64,000 nt of DNA from contig SCUL01000002.1 of NCBI GenBank assembly GCA_004297205.1, forward strand, positions 530,893 to 594,892, in the 5' to 3' direction. The stretch is from Patescibacteria group bacterium (GTDB lineage Bacteria > Patescibacteriota > Patescibacteriia > 2-12-FULL-57-11). The position numbers and the translations under genes are program-made. Shown here in pieces: positions 10,343-19,736 of the stretch. The notes under the pieces are model-generated. The model did not search any database. It was not told where the DNA came from and saw nothing but the letters and a program-made list of their open reading frames with translations. Each line of letters starts with the position of its first letter. The stretch's first letter is position 1.

Positions 10343-10360
10343 CGTTTTTTCTACCGTCTA

Positions 10361-10389
10361 AATATAGCATTTTTTGGCCAAAATGTCAA
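10361..10389 (-). promoter_or_regulatory. sigma70 promoter for the SpoIID gene
   Basis: Reverse strand TTGACA-17bp-TATATT with TG extension. Confidence 0.8.
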
Positions 10390-10410
10390 CTTTTCCGTAG
10401 ACTATCTGTC

Positions 10411-11853
10411 ATGGCTGAACTCGCCAGAAACACCTACGTCCAGTTTGCCGCCCGGGGTATCGGCACCGCGCTTGGCGTGGTTGCCATTGCCCTCATCACC
10501 CGCACGCTGGGTCCGGAAGGATTCGGGGCCTACACCACCGTCACCTCGTTCCTCCAGATCTTCGGCGTGCTCGTGGACTTCGGCCTGACCATCGTCGGAC
10601 TCCAGCTGCTCTCCGAACCCGGTGCCGACGAGGGGCGCGTGCTCGGCAACGTGCTCGGGGTCAGGCTGGTCACGGCCGTGACCTTCCTGGGACTCGCGCC
10701 GCTGGCCGTACTGTTCTTCCCGTATCCGCAGGAGGTGAAGATCGGCGTGGCGTTCACGACGTTGTCGTTCCTGGCGCTGGCCGTCCATCAGATTATTACG
10801 ACTTTGTTCCAGAAACGGTTACAGATGCGGGCCGCGGCCGCGGCGGAGCTGGCCGGACGCGCCATCCTGGTTGCACTCGTCGCTCTGGCCGCCTGGTCCG
10901 GCTGGGGGCTGTACGGGATGCTCGCGGCAACCACGGCCGCGAACGTTTTGCAGCTTGCCGTGGCCTGGATTGCGGCCAATCGCATGGTGCCGATCCGTAT
11001 CCGCTACGAGCTGGCCTTCTGGAAACGCATCCTGACCTTGTCCTGGCCGATCGGCGTGTCCATCGCCTTCAATCTGATCTACCTGCGTGCCGACGCCGTC
11101 ATCTTGTCTTTAACCCGCAGCCAGGAAGAGCTTGGTCTCTACGGCGCCGCCTACCGCGTGATCGACGTGCTGACCGTGCTGCCGTTCCTGCTCATGGGGC
11201 TTGTCCTCCCTCGGCTCGTCACGGCGGTGAAGACGGGCGACGTGGCGCGGTTCGGTGCGCTCATGGCGCGCTCGGCGCGCTTCCTGTTGGCTTCAATACT
11301 CCCCGTCTGTTTCGGCGGACTAGTGCTCGCCGACCAGATCATGATCGCCGTATCCGGCGAAGCCTTCGCGCCCTCCGGCATGTTCCTGGCGGTGTTGCTC
11401 TTCGGCGTGGCCATGATTTTTTGGGGTACGGTCTACAGCCATGCCGTGGTGGCGCTCGAACTGCAGCGCACCATGCTGCCGTTCTACGCGCTGAACGCGG
11501 CACTGGCGCTCGCCCTTTATGTCTGGCTCATTCCGCGCTTGGGCGCGCCGGCTGCCGCCTGGATCACGGTGCTCTCCGAAACGACCATCGCGGTTGCCGC
11601 GGCGGTCGTGGTGCGCCGCAAGATGCCGGTACCACTCCCGCTCGGCAACGCCGCGCGCATCGTGCTTGCCGCCGCGCTCATGGCCGCCACGCTCTGGCTC
11701 GTCTTGCGCGCCGTGCCGCTGCCGCTCGTCGTCTCCCTTCCGCTCGGCGGGCTGCTGTACGCCGCTTTCCTGCGACTCTCCGGCGGTCTGACCGCAGACG
11801 ATTGGCGGGCGATCCTGGCACCGTTCAGCCGAAATAAACCGGTAGTTTCCTGA
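10411..11853 (+). CDS. Wzx-type polysaccharide flippase
   Basis: LARNT...ITRTLGPEGFGAY, DFGL, YLRAD, LGLYGAAYR; multi-TM MOP fold. Confidence 0.9.
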   Translation: MAELARNTYVQFAARGIGTALGVVAIALITRTLGPEGFGAYTTVTSFLQIFGVLVDFGLTIVGLQLLSEPGADEGRVLGNVLGVRLVTAVTFLGLAPLAVLFFPYPQEVKIGVAFTTLSFLALAVHQIITTLFQKRLQMRAAAAAELAGRAILVALVALAAWSGWGLYGMLAATTAANVLQLAVAWIAANRMVPIRIRYELAFWKRILTLSWPIGVSIAFNLIYLRADAVILSLTRSQEELGLYGAAYRVIDVLTVLPFLLMGLVLPRLVTAVKTGDVARFGALMARSARFLLASILPVCFGGLVLADQIMIAVSGEAFAPSGMFLAVLLFGVAMIFWGTVYSHAVVALELQRTMLPFYALNAALALALYVWLIPRLGAPAAAWITVLSETTIAVAAAVVVRRKMPVPLPLGNAARIVLAAALMAATLWLVLRAVPLPLVVSLPLGGLLYAAFLRLSGGLTADDWRAILAPFSRNKPVVS

Positions 11854-11857
11854 TCCC

Positions 11858-13036
11858 ATGGCCCGCATCGTGATCGTCCTGTTCGCGGCGGCGTTGCCGC
11901 TCTACCTGGTCCGGTTCCAGATCGGCCCGCTGCCGACGACCCTGCTCGAGGTGCTGTTCGTCATCCTGATCGTGGCGCTCTTCCTCGAACGCGCAGGCAT
12001 CGGTGGCGCGCGACCGCTGCGCATCGACCTAGAACGGTTGCGCCCGTGGCTCTGGCCCTGCGGACTGCTTCTTGCCGCCGGCGTCGTCAGCCTGGCCGTT
12101 GCGCCGGACCTGCGCGCCGCGCTCGGCCTGTTCAAGGCGTATCTCGTCGAACCGCTGCTCTTCTTCGGTCTGCTCGTTTCCATCACCGACGAATCCGTCC
12201 GTCGCAACGTCTGGCGCGCGCTCGCCGCCTCCGGCGCCGTGATTGCCGCGGTCGCCGTCCTGCAGCCGTTCGTCGCGCCGCAGACGCTCTGGGAAGGCGC
12301 GCGCTCCACGGCCTTCTATCCGTACCCGAACGCCGTCGGCCTGTTCCTCGCGCCGATCATGGTGCTCATCGCCGGGATGAGATTGAAGGGGCGGATGATG
12401 TGGCTGTCCGTCGTGGGCGTTGTCCTGCTCTTCGCCGCGCTCGTGGCCGCGCAAAGCGAAGGGGCGATCATCGGCGCCGTCGCGGGATTGCTGGCACTGT
12501 TCTGGCTTCAGCCGAAGGTGCGCGTGGTCGCCATCGTGATCGTGTTGCTCGACGGTGCCGCGCTCGTGCTCGCGCCCGATACGCTGCAGGCAACCCTGCA
12601 GCAAAAACTCACGCTGCGCGACTGGTCCGGCACGGTACGACGCATCACCTGGGGAGAGACGGTCGAGATGCTCAAAGACCATCCGCTCACCGGCGCAGGC
12701 CTTGCGGGCTATCCCATTGTGATGCGCGCCTACCACAAAGCCACGGCCATCGAAATCTTCCAGTACCCGCACCAAATCGTCCTGAACATCTGGAGCGAAC
12801 TCGGACTCCTCGGCCTCGTTGCCTTCGGCTGGGTCCTCCTCACGTTTTTCCGGCTGTCCTCGCGCCCGGAATCCCGCCTCGAACGGCAAGCAGCCATGGC
12901 AGCGATGATCGCGCTTCTCGTCCACGGCCTCGTCGACGTTCCCTACTTCAAGAACGACCTGGCCTTCCTCTTCTGGATTATCGTGGCGCTCGGCACGGCC
13001 GGGGCTTTACCAAAAACCAAATCTCCGCTACCTTAA
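11858..13036 (+). CDS. O-antigen ligase / Wzy_C family protein
   Basis: YPYPNAVGLF, SEGA, R..W...EMLKDHPLTGAG, YPHQIVLNIWSELG, HGLVDVPYFKND. Confidence 0.9.
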   Translation: MARIVIVLFAAALPLYLVRFQIGPLPTTLLEVLFVILIVALFLERAGIGGARPLRIDLERLRPWLWPCGLLLAAGVVSLAVAPDLRAALGLFKAYLVEPLLFFGLLVSITDESVRRNVWRALAASGAVIAAVAVLQPFVAPQTLWEGARSTAFYPYPNAVGLFLAPIMVLIAGMRLKGRMMWLSVVGVVLLFAALVAAQSEGAIIGAVAGLLALFWLQPKVRVVAIVIVLLDGAALVLAPDTLQATLQQKLTLRDWSGTVRRITWGETVEMLKDHPLTGAGLAGYPIVMRAYHKATAIEIFQYPHQIVLNIWSELGLLGLVAFGWVLLTFFRLSSRPESRLERQAAMAAMIALLVHGLVDVPYFKNDLAFLFWIIVALGTAGALPKTKSPLP

Positions 13037-13049
13037 GCGCGCTTCAACA

Positions 13050-13068
13050 TGGAGAGGTGGCCGAGCGG
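13050..13068 (+). repeat. 19-bp duplicate of the tRNA-Ser 5' end
   Basis: TGGAGAGGTGGCCGAGCGG at 13050-13068 is identical to 13196-13214. Confidence 0.9.
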
Positions 13069-13196
13069 GCCGAACGGCAGCGAGTCCCGAACTGCTTCGG
13101 GACGAACCCGTTCGGCGGGCCGCGCGATGTCCGCAGACCGCGCGGCCCGGGGCAACCGCTTCCAAAATCTTCGAAGTTGCGAAGCAACGAAAATCT

Positions 13197-13286
13197 GGAG
13201 AGGTGGCCGAGCGGTTGAAGGCGCCGGTCTCGAAAACCGGTAGGCCCGCAAGGGTCTCGTGAGTTCGAATCTCACCCTCTCCGCCA
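13197..13286 (+). tRNA. tRNA-Ser(CGA)
   Basis: GGAGAGG/CCTCTCC acceptor stem, CCGGT-CT-CGA-AA-ACCGG, long variable arm, GTTCGAATC, GCCA end. Confidence 0.95.
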
Positions 13287-13369
13287 GAGAAAAGGTCCCG
13301 AGCAATCGGGATCTTTTCTCTTTTTTTAGATTCTCACGCTCTCCGTCGGAATCCTAGTCGGTTCCCATT

Positions 13370-13408
13370 CCCGCCTCCCTCCGAGGCGGGAATTTTGGTA
13401 CACTTCGG
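13370..13408 (+). repeat. 39-bp direct repeat copy 1 (hairpin + TTTTGGTACACTTCGG)
   Basis: 37/39 identical to 14590-14628. Confidence 0.85.
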
Positions 13409-13426
13409 ACGATAACCATATCTCCT

Positions 13427-14575
13427 ATGTTCCGTAAAACACTTTTGCTCACGCTGGTCGGCACGCTGCTGCCGATGAGCGCGCTCGCCGCCACCTTCGC
13501 GGGCGGAGAAACCTACGCCCTCGGCTCGGGCATGCGGATCGACGGCGACTTGTACGCAGCCGGCGCGAGCGTTTCGGTCGGCGGCAACGTGACCGGCGAC
13601 CTGTACGCCGCGGGCGGCAGCGTCACCGTGACCGGCGCAGTCGGTCAGGACGTGGTCGTGGCCGGCGGCAATCTCACCTTGCTCGGCTCCGTCGGGGACG
13701 ACGTACGCGTCGCCGGCGGCCAGATAGCGATCGGCGACCGCATCGGCGGCGACCTGGTCGTGGCCGGCGGCATGGTGCATCTGCTCCCCGGCTCGGAAGT
13801 GGGCGGGGACCTGATCATCGCCGCGGGACAGGCCGTCGTCGAAGGCACCGTCAAAGGCAAACTCATCCTGCGCGGCGGCGCGGCGGTTCTGAACGGCGCG
13901 CTCACCGGTCCTGCAGACGTGGAGGTCGAGGAAACGCTGTCTATCGGAGACGCCGCGCGCTTTGGAAGCGCACTCGTCTACCGCGCGTCCCAGGAAGCAA
14001 GCGTCGCGGCCGGCGCCGTGCTCGGCGAAGTGCGCCGCGAACCGCTGCCCGAACGCATGCGCCCGGAAAAGATCGACGGCGGAGCCCTCGTGGGCCTCGC
14101 GGGTCTCATCGCCTTCGGCAAGCTCCTGGCCGCTCTCGGCGCAGCGCTCGTCGCCGTCTGGCTCTTCCGCAAAGGTACGCAGCAGCTCGTGACCGACGCG
14201 GTCGGCGACTTCTGGCCGATGCTCGGTCGCGGCTTCGCCACCGGCATCCTGATGCCGATCGCCGCCTTCCTACTGCTCATCACCGTCATCCTGTCGCCGA
14301 TCGGCGCGCTCACGGGCGCGGCCTTCGCGCTGCTCCTCGTCGCCGCGAAGATCCTCTCGGGCATCCTGTTCGGCGCCTGGCTCATCATGGCCGTGAAGAA
14401 GCAGAAGAAACCCGAAGCCACCTGGCAGGCCGCGCTTCTGGGCACCTTCCTCCTCCATCTCCTGTGGCTGATCCCGCTTCTCGGCTGGATCATTGCCGGC
14501 ATCTTCTGCACCGTCGCCTTCGGCGCGCTGGCCATCTGGGCCCGCGGCATTCTGAAGCCCCTGGCAAGCTCCTGA
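13427..14575 (+). CDS. membrane protein with bactofilin-like beta-helix (polymer-forming cytoskeletal-like) repeats
   Basis: Signal peptide, repeated GD(L/V)x(A/V)AGG motifs, about five C-terminal TMs ending LIPLLGW. Confidence 0.8.
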   Translation: MFRKTLLLTLVGTLLPMSALAATFAGGETYALGSGMRIDGDLYAAGASVSVGGNVTGDLYAAGGSVTVTGAVGQDVVVAGGNLTLLGSVGDDVRVAGGQIAIGDRIGGDLVVAGGMVHLLPGSEVGGDLIIAAGQAVVEGTVKGKLILRGGAAVLNGALTGPADVEVEETLSIGDAARFGSALVYRASQEASVAAGAVLGEVRREPLPERMRPEKIDGGALVGLAGLIAFGKLLAALGAALVAVWLFRKGTQQLVTDAVGDFWPMLGRGFATGILMPIAAFLLLITVILSPIGALTGAAFALLLVAAKILSGILFGAWLIMAVKKQKKPEATWQAALLGTFLLHLLWLIPLLGWIIAGIFCTVAFGALAIWARGILKPLASS

Positions 14576-14589
14576 GGCTCTCCGCCGTC

Positions 14590-14628
14590 CCCGCCTCCCT
14601 CGGAGGCGGGGATTTTGGTACACTTCGG
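14590..14628 (+). repeat. 39-bp direct repeat copy 2
   Basis: 37/39 identical to 13370-13408. Confidence 0.85.
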
Positions 14629-14636
14629 TCGTGCCT

Positions 14637-15521
14637 ATGTCGAAATCCTCCTCCATCCGCAAAGCCATCCTCCCCGTGGCAGGCCTCGGGACCCGGTTCC
14701 TGCCCGCGACCAAGGCCATGCCCAAGGAAATGCTGGCCGTCGTCGACAAGCCGGTCATCCAGTACATCGTGGAAGAAGTCGTGGCCAGCGGCATCGAAGA
14801 GATCATCTTCGTGACGGCGCTCGGCAAACGCGCCATCGAAGACCACTTCGACCGCAACTTTGAACTGGAGTACCGCCTCGAACAAAAGAAGAAGGAGAAG
14901 GAGCTGGGCGCGCTCAAGCAAATCGGCAAGATGGCCAGATTCGCCTTCGTCCGCCAGCAGAAGCCGCTCGGCGATGGCGACGCGATTCTCGCCGCGCTGC
15001 CGTTCATCGACCAGCACGAACCGGTCGCGGTGGTCTTCGGCGATGCCATCACGCGCTCCCGGAAGCCGGGCCTCGCCCAACTCATCGACGTCTACAACCG
15101 CTACCAGGATCCGGTCGTCGGCGTCACGGCCGTTTCCAAGAAGGACATCTCCAACTACGGCGTCATCGACGGACACAAGCTCGACGGCGCGGCCTACGAG
15201 ATCCATGGCTTCGTGGAAAAACCGTCGCCATCCGAAGCGCCGTCGAACCTGGCCGTGATGGGCGAGTACATCGTGACGCCGGACGTGCTCACACTTCTCA
15301 AAAAGCAAAAACCGGGCAAGGACGGCGAACTCAGGCTCGCCAACGCGCTGATCGCCCACCTCAAGGCCGGCCGCGCGCTCTACGGCTGCGCCGTGGAGGG
15401 CGAGTGGTTCGACTGCGGCTCCAAGCTCGGCTTCCTCCAAGCCCAGATCGCCTTCGGCCTGGCGCATCCGGAAACCGGCAAGGCGTTGCACAAACACCTG
15501 CGCTCGCTTCGGGCGTCATAA
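14637..15521 (+). CDS. galU: UTP--glucose-1-phosphate uridylyltransferase
   Basis: KAILPVAGLGTRFLPATKAMPKEML, IEDHFD, VEKP, DCGSKLG. Confidence 0.95.
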   Translation: MSKSSSIRKAILPVAGLGTRFLPATKAMPKEMLAVVDKPVIQYIVEEVVASGIEEIIFVTALGKRAIEDHFDRNFELEYRLEQKKKEKELGALKQIGKMARFAFVRQQKPLGDGDAILAALPFIDQHEPVAVVFGDAITRSRKPGLAQLIDVYNRYQDPVVGVTAVSKKDISNYGVIDGHKLDGAAYEIHGFVEKPSPSEAPSNLAVMGEYIVTPDVLTLLKKQKPGKDGELRLANALIAHLKAGRALYGCAVEGEWFDCGSKLGFLQAQIAFGLAHPETGKALHKHLRSLRAS

Positions 15522-15544
15522 ATGCCGCCCCTACACGCATTTCT

Positions 15545-16960
15545 ATGATCGGCTCTTTCTTCCGCCGCACCACCGCACTCGCCGCCATCGCCGCAGTCGT
15601 CCTTTCGGGCGTCGGCTGCACGCGCGGCGTCCCCGCCGACGTCGTTGAAGCGACGCGGCCGTTCACGCTCCAATTCTGGGGCGTGTTCGACGACTCCGAC
15701 GCCTTCGAACAGACCATCGCCCGCTACCGCGCGCTGCGCCCCCACATCACGGTCGAGTACCGCAAGCTGCGTCCGGAGGAATACGAGCGCGAGCTGATCA
15801 ACGCGCTGGCAGAAGACAAGGGGCCGGACATCTTCATGGTGCACAACACCCAGGTGGCCGAATACCAATCGAAGCTGCTCCCGCTCCCCGCATCGCTGAC
15901 CCTGCCCGTCCGCGAACAGCAGGGCACCATCCAAAAACAGGTCGTGACCGTGCTGCGCCAGGTGCCGTCGCTCTCCATCCGCCAGCTCCAGAGCCAGTTC
16001 GTGGACGTGGTAGCCGAGGACGTGGTGCTGCCGCGCGAAGAAACCACGACCGGCGGCGGCCGCCAGACCGTGAACCGCATCTACGGCCTGCCGCTCTCCG
16101 TGGACACGCTGGCGCTCTACTTCAACAAGACGCTCTTGAACCAGGCCGGCATTCCGGAGGCGCCGCGTTCCTGGGGCGAAGTACAGGCCGCCGCGCGCAA
16201 CAAGCGGCTGACCGTCTACGACGCCAGCCAGCGCATCACCCAGAGCGCCATTGCCATGGGCACGGCCGGAAACGTGGAGCGCGCCGTGGACGTGCTGCAG
16301 CTCCTGATGATGCAAAACCGCACCACCATGGCCGACGACGAGGGCACCGTTTCGTTCAACCGCCGCCCGGCCTCGGCCGTGGGCGAACTCAACCCCGGCG
16401 CCGAAGCATCCGTCTTCTATACCGACTTCGCCAACCCGGTGAAGGAGGTCTACACCTGGAACGACACCATGCCGAGCTCGCTCGAGGCCTTCGCCGGCGG
16501 ACGCACCGCCATGTTCCTGGGCTACTCCTACCACCTGGCCACCATCCGCGCCCGCGCGCCCAAGCTCGAAGTCGGCATCGCCCCGATCCCCCAGATCGGC
16601 GACGAGATCAACTTCGCCAACTACTGGGTGAACGGCGTCTCCACCAAGTCCGAACACGCGGACGAGGCCTGGGACTTCGTGCAGTTCATGGCCGCACAGG
16701 ACCAGGCCAAGACGTATCTGGACGCCACCAAGCGCCCGACGGCGCTGCGCGCGCTCGTCGGCGCGCAGCGGGAAGACCTCGATATCGGCGTGTTCGCGGC
16801 CCAGGCGCTGACCGCCAAGAGCTGGTACAAAGGGCATGACGCCGCGGCCATGGAAACAGCCTTCAAGGACCTGATCCGCGACGTCCTCGCCAACCCCTCC
16901 AATCCGCAGCAGTGGGTGGAAATCGCCGCCCAGAAAGTCGCCCAAACCTACAGCTTCTAA
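15545..16960 (+). CDS. extracellular solute-binding lipoprotein (sugar SBP family 1)
   Basis: LSGVGC lipobox, GPDIF, IYGLPLSVDTLALYFNK, FAGGRTAM, AWDFVQF. Confidence 0.85.
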   Translation: MIGSFFRRTTALAAIAAVVLSGVGCTRGVPADVVEATRPFTLQFWGVFDDSDAFEQTIARYRALRPHITVEYRKLRPEEYERELINALAEDKGPDIFMVHNTQVAEYQSKLLPLPASLTLPVREQQGTIQKQVVTVLRQVPSLSIRQLQSQFVDVVAEDVVLPREETTTGGGRQTVNRIYGLPLSVDTLALYFNKTLLNQAGIPEAPRSWGEVQAAARNKRLTVYDASQRITQSAIAMGTAGNVERAVDVLQLLMMQNRTTMADDEGTVSFNRRPASAVGELNPGAEASVFYTDFANPVKEVYTWNDTMPSSLEAFAGGRTAMFLGYSYHLATIRARAPKLEVGIAPIPQIGDEINFANYWVNGVSTKSEHADEAWDFVQFMAAQDQAKTYLDATKRPTALRALVGAQREDLDIGVFAAQALTAKSWYKGHDAAAMETAFKDLIRDVLANPSNPQQWVEIAAQKVAQTYSF

Positions 16961-16963
16961 ACT

Positions 16964-17779
16964 ATGCGCCGCCCCGCTCTCCTCGTCCTGCCGCTTCTCG
17001 TCGCCACCGGTTTCTTTGCGGCGCAACCGGCATTCGCACAGCTGCCGACGCTGGTTCCCGAGGCCTGCCGCGGCACGGCGGAGCTCGAGGAATGCGGCCT
17101 GAACGAAGCCGTGCAAGTATTCATCAACGTCGCCCAGTTCATCTTCGGCATTTCCGGCGCGGTGGCGCTCCTCATGTTCGTCTGGGGCGGCTTCTTGTGG
17201 CTGACCTCGGCCGGCAGTGCGGAAAAAGTGAAACAAGGACAGGCCGTGATCACCGGCGCCGTCATCGGCCTGCTCATCATCTTCGGGGCCTACGTCGGCG
17301 TGCAGTTCGTCGTCGGGGCGCTGCGCGGCACGGTCGCGCCGGGCGAGGTGATGATTCCGGGCGAGCGCTGCGGCAGCGGCGAGGCAGCAGGGCTCGCCGT
17401 CTATACCGGACGGGAAACCACGACGTCGACCGGCGGCCTGGAGTGCATTACGGATTGCGGGTCGCTCTCCGACCTGGGCTACGGACGGGAGGACCTCCGC
17501 GAAATCTCCGCGGCCGACTATGAATGCATCGACGGTCTGTTCCCGGACGAGGAAGAACCCATCAAATGCTGCCGGGCGCGCGCCGGCGGGTCCGGGTCCA
17601 CGGGAACCGGCGAAGGCCCGTCCTCGCCGCCCGAGGGCACCAGCGGCCGCAACAACTGCCGCTGTGCCAACACGACGGTTTCGGCACAAAGCACCTGCGC
17701 CCTGTGCGCCGCCTTCTGCGAATCGCGCGACAGCACCCTGTCCCAGTTCAACGGCGAACCGCTCACCCGTTGCCCCTGA
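16964..17779 (+). CDS. TrbC/VirB2-like (T4SS_pilin) pilin with C-terminal Cys-rich extension
   Basis: FVWGGFLWLTSAGSAEKVKQGQAVITGAVIGLLII core; 14 Cys, 12 of them after the core. Confidence 0.85.
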   Translation: MRRPALLVLPLLVATGFFAAQPAFAQLPTLVPEACRGTAELEECGLNEAVQVFINVAQFIFGISGAVALLMFVWGGFLWLTSAGSAEKVKQGQAVITGAVIGLLIIFGAYVGVQFVVGALRGTVAPGEVMIPGERCGSGEAAGLAVYTGRETTTSTGGLECITDCGSLSDLGYGREDLREISAADYECIDGLFPDEEEPIKCCRARAGGSGSTGTGEGPSSPPEGTSGRNNCRCANTTVSAQSTCALCAAFCESRDSTLSQFNGEPLTRCP

Positions 17780-17852
17780 GAGCCGCTCCGGAACCCCCGC
17801 CTTGGCGGGGGTTTTTCGTTCCTTCCCGGAAATGCGCTATACTGGGAGCCAT

Positions 17853-18731
17853 ATGCGCCGCACTCTCCTTCTGCTCGCTGCACTCGCCGTCCTGATCGCC
17901 CCCGTGCTGGCGGTCCCTTCATCCGCGGCCGCGGCCGACATCTGGCGTTGCACCTCCTGTGAATGCAACTGTGACGGAACGCCCGACTTCGAAAGTGGCG
18001 GCATTCCGGATCCCTCCCCGTTCGATGGGACCGATCCGCAGGGGACGTGCGACCGCTTCTGCTCCGGCGCCGACGGGTGCGACCGCGACGTCCCCCGCGA
18101 AGCCGCACGTGCCGTGAGCTGCACCAACCTCGGCCCTGCGGGCGGCGGCGCGGCGACCGGTTCCTGCTGGTGCATCAACGATGCAGGCACCTGCAGCCAC
18201 AACGCCGGCGTGACTGAAGGCAACTGCCGCGACCTCGCCGCCGGACCCTGCCGCGGCCAGCGCGTGGTGCGCTTTGAAGTCGAATACGACTGCTCGGTGT
18301 GTCTCGCCTCAAGCGGCTCGGGCTGCACGGCCGGCGCAGGCAGCTGTTCGGAGGAAACCATCGCCCGCTGCGAAGCGGGTGCGGGCGGCGGGCTTTCCCC
18401 GTCCGCGCCGGGCACCGGTACGACCGGTGACGTCGTCGGTCCCGGGGGCGGCCGCGGCGCACCGGCACCGACGTTGCCGAACCCGCTCGGCGGCACCACC
18501 GACATCCGTACCATCATCGGCCGCGTCATCAACGCCGCGCTCGGCATTTCCGGTTCCATCGCGCTTTTGATGTTCATCTGGGGTGGAATGCTTTGGTTGA
18601 CGTCGGGGGGCAGTCCTGAGAGAATACAGAAAGGAAAAAATACGATTGTCTGGGCCGTCTTGGGGCTCGTCCTCATCTTCGGCTCCTACGCGATCCTGAA
18701 CTTCGTGCTCGGAGCGATCCTCAGCGCGTAA
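17853..18731 (+). CDS. T4SS_pilin-like protein with N-terminal 18-Cys domain
   Basis: Signal peptide, 18-Cys region, LPNPLG...FIWGGMLWLTSGGSPERIQKGKNTIVWAVLGL. Confidence 0.85.
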   Translation: MRRTLLLLAALAVLIAPVLAVPSSAAAADIWRCTSCECNCDGTPDFESGGIPDPSPFDGTDPQGTCDRFCSGADGCDRDVPREAARAVSCTNLGPAGGGAATGSCWCINDAGTCSHNAGVTEGNCRDLAAGPCRGQRVVRFEVEYDCSVCLASSGSGCTAGAGSCSEETIARCEAGAGGGLSPSAPGTGTTGDVVGPGGGRGAPAPTLPNPLGGTTDIRTIIGRVINAALGISGSIALLMFIWGGMLWLTSGGSPERIQKGKNTIVWAVLGLVLIFGSYAILNFVLGAILSA

Positions 18732-18830
18732 AAGGGGACGCACTATCCGAAGCGCGGGCGTGCGACGATCCGAAAACATCGGAACGCCGCAGCACCCGCA
18801 CTTCACCAATGAAAGGGGGTGACAACCTGC

Positions 18831-19202
18831 ATGCAACACATCAAACGCTTCGCATCCGGCATCGTGCCGTTCCTGATGCTCTCGCTGCCGATGGCCGCTC
18901 AGGCGGCCGGCGTCAACCTGGGTCTCACGAGCGACGTCGAAGGCGCGCTCGGTCTCGGTACTCAAGACGTCCGCGTGACCATCGCCCGGATCATCAACGT
19001 GTTCATGGGGCTCCTCGGCATCATCGCCGTGGTGATCATCCTCTACGGTGGATTCATCTGGATGACCGCCGCCGGCAACGAGGAACGCGTCGACAAGGCC
19101 CGCAAGATGATCGTGGCCGGCGTCATCGGCCTGGCCATCATCCTCTCGGCCTACGCCATCGCCCGCTTCGTGGTCAACTCGCTGGTCAACGCCACGAGCT
19201 AA
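18831..19202 (+). CDS. T4SS_pilin-like protein
   Basis: ILYGGFIWMTAAGNEERVDKARKMIVAGVIGL. Confidence 0.9.
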   Translation: MQHIKRFASGIVPFLMLSLPMAAQAAGVNLGLTSDVEGALGLGTQDVRVTIARIINVFMGLLGIIAVVIILYGGFIWMTAAGNEERVDKARKMIVAGVIGLAIILSAYAIARFVVNSLVNATS

Positions 19203-19303
19203 CACCCGAAACACGGAACGGCCTCCCCAAACGGGGGGTCGTTTTGGTATACTGGGGGTGTCTGAATTAGGGCGATCGCAAGGCTCGCCCCTACGCCACA
19301 TCC

Positions 19304-19732
19304 ATGACTATGGTGCACCGTGCGCTTATCCGTATTTTCGGGGCTTCGGCAGGCGCTTCGCTCGTGCTCTGGAGCAGCCGCGCCGCGCTGGCTTTTTCGG
19401 TCGAAGACACCGGCCTTAAAACCACCGCCGGAGAAGCCGGCATCCCGACGAGTGAAGCCTCGCTGCCGGTGCTTGTGGGCACCATCCTGAACGGCGTGTT
19501 GTCGCTCGTCGGCGTCGTCTTTCTCGTGCTCATCGTCTGGGGCGGCTTCCTCTGGATGACGGCCCGCGGCAACGACCAGCAGGTGGAGAAGGCCAAAAAC
19601 CTGATCACCTCGGCCGTCATCGGGCTCATCATCATCGCCGGCGGTTACGCCATCACCAACTTCGTCCTGACGCAGATCATCGCCGCGACGACCGGCGCGG
19701 GCGAGGCGCCAGCTCCGGCCGACGGCGGCTAG
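19304..19732 (+). CDS. T4SS_pilin-like protein
   Basis: IVWGGFLWMTARGNDQQVEKAKNLITSAVIGL. Confidence 0.9.
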   Translation: MTMVHRALIRIFGASAGASLVLWSSRAALAFSVEDTGLKTTAGEAGIPTSEASLPVLVGTILNGVLSLVGVVFLVLIVWGGFLWMTARGNDQQVEKAKNLITSAVIGLIIIAGGYAITNFVLTQIIAATTGAGEAPAPADGG

Positions 19733-19736
19733 TCCT

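Noticed and set aside
13050-13195. Second tRNA-Ser or a self-splicing tRNA intron
   Set aside because: Only the 5' end is duplicated; there is no anticodon or T arm, no group I/II core, and the downstream tRNA is already intact.
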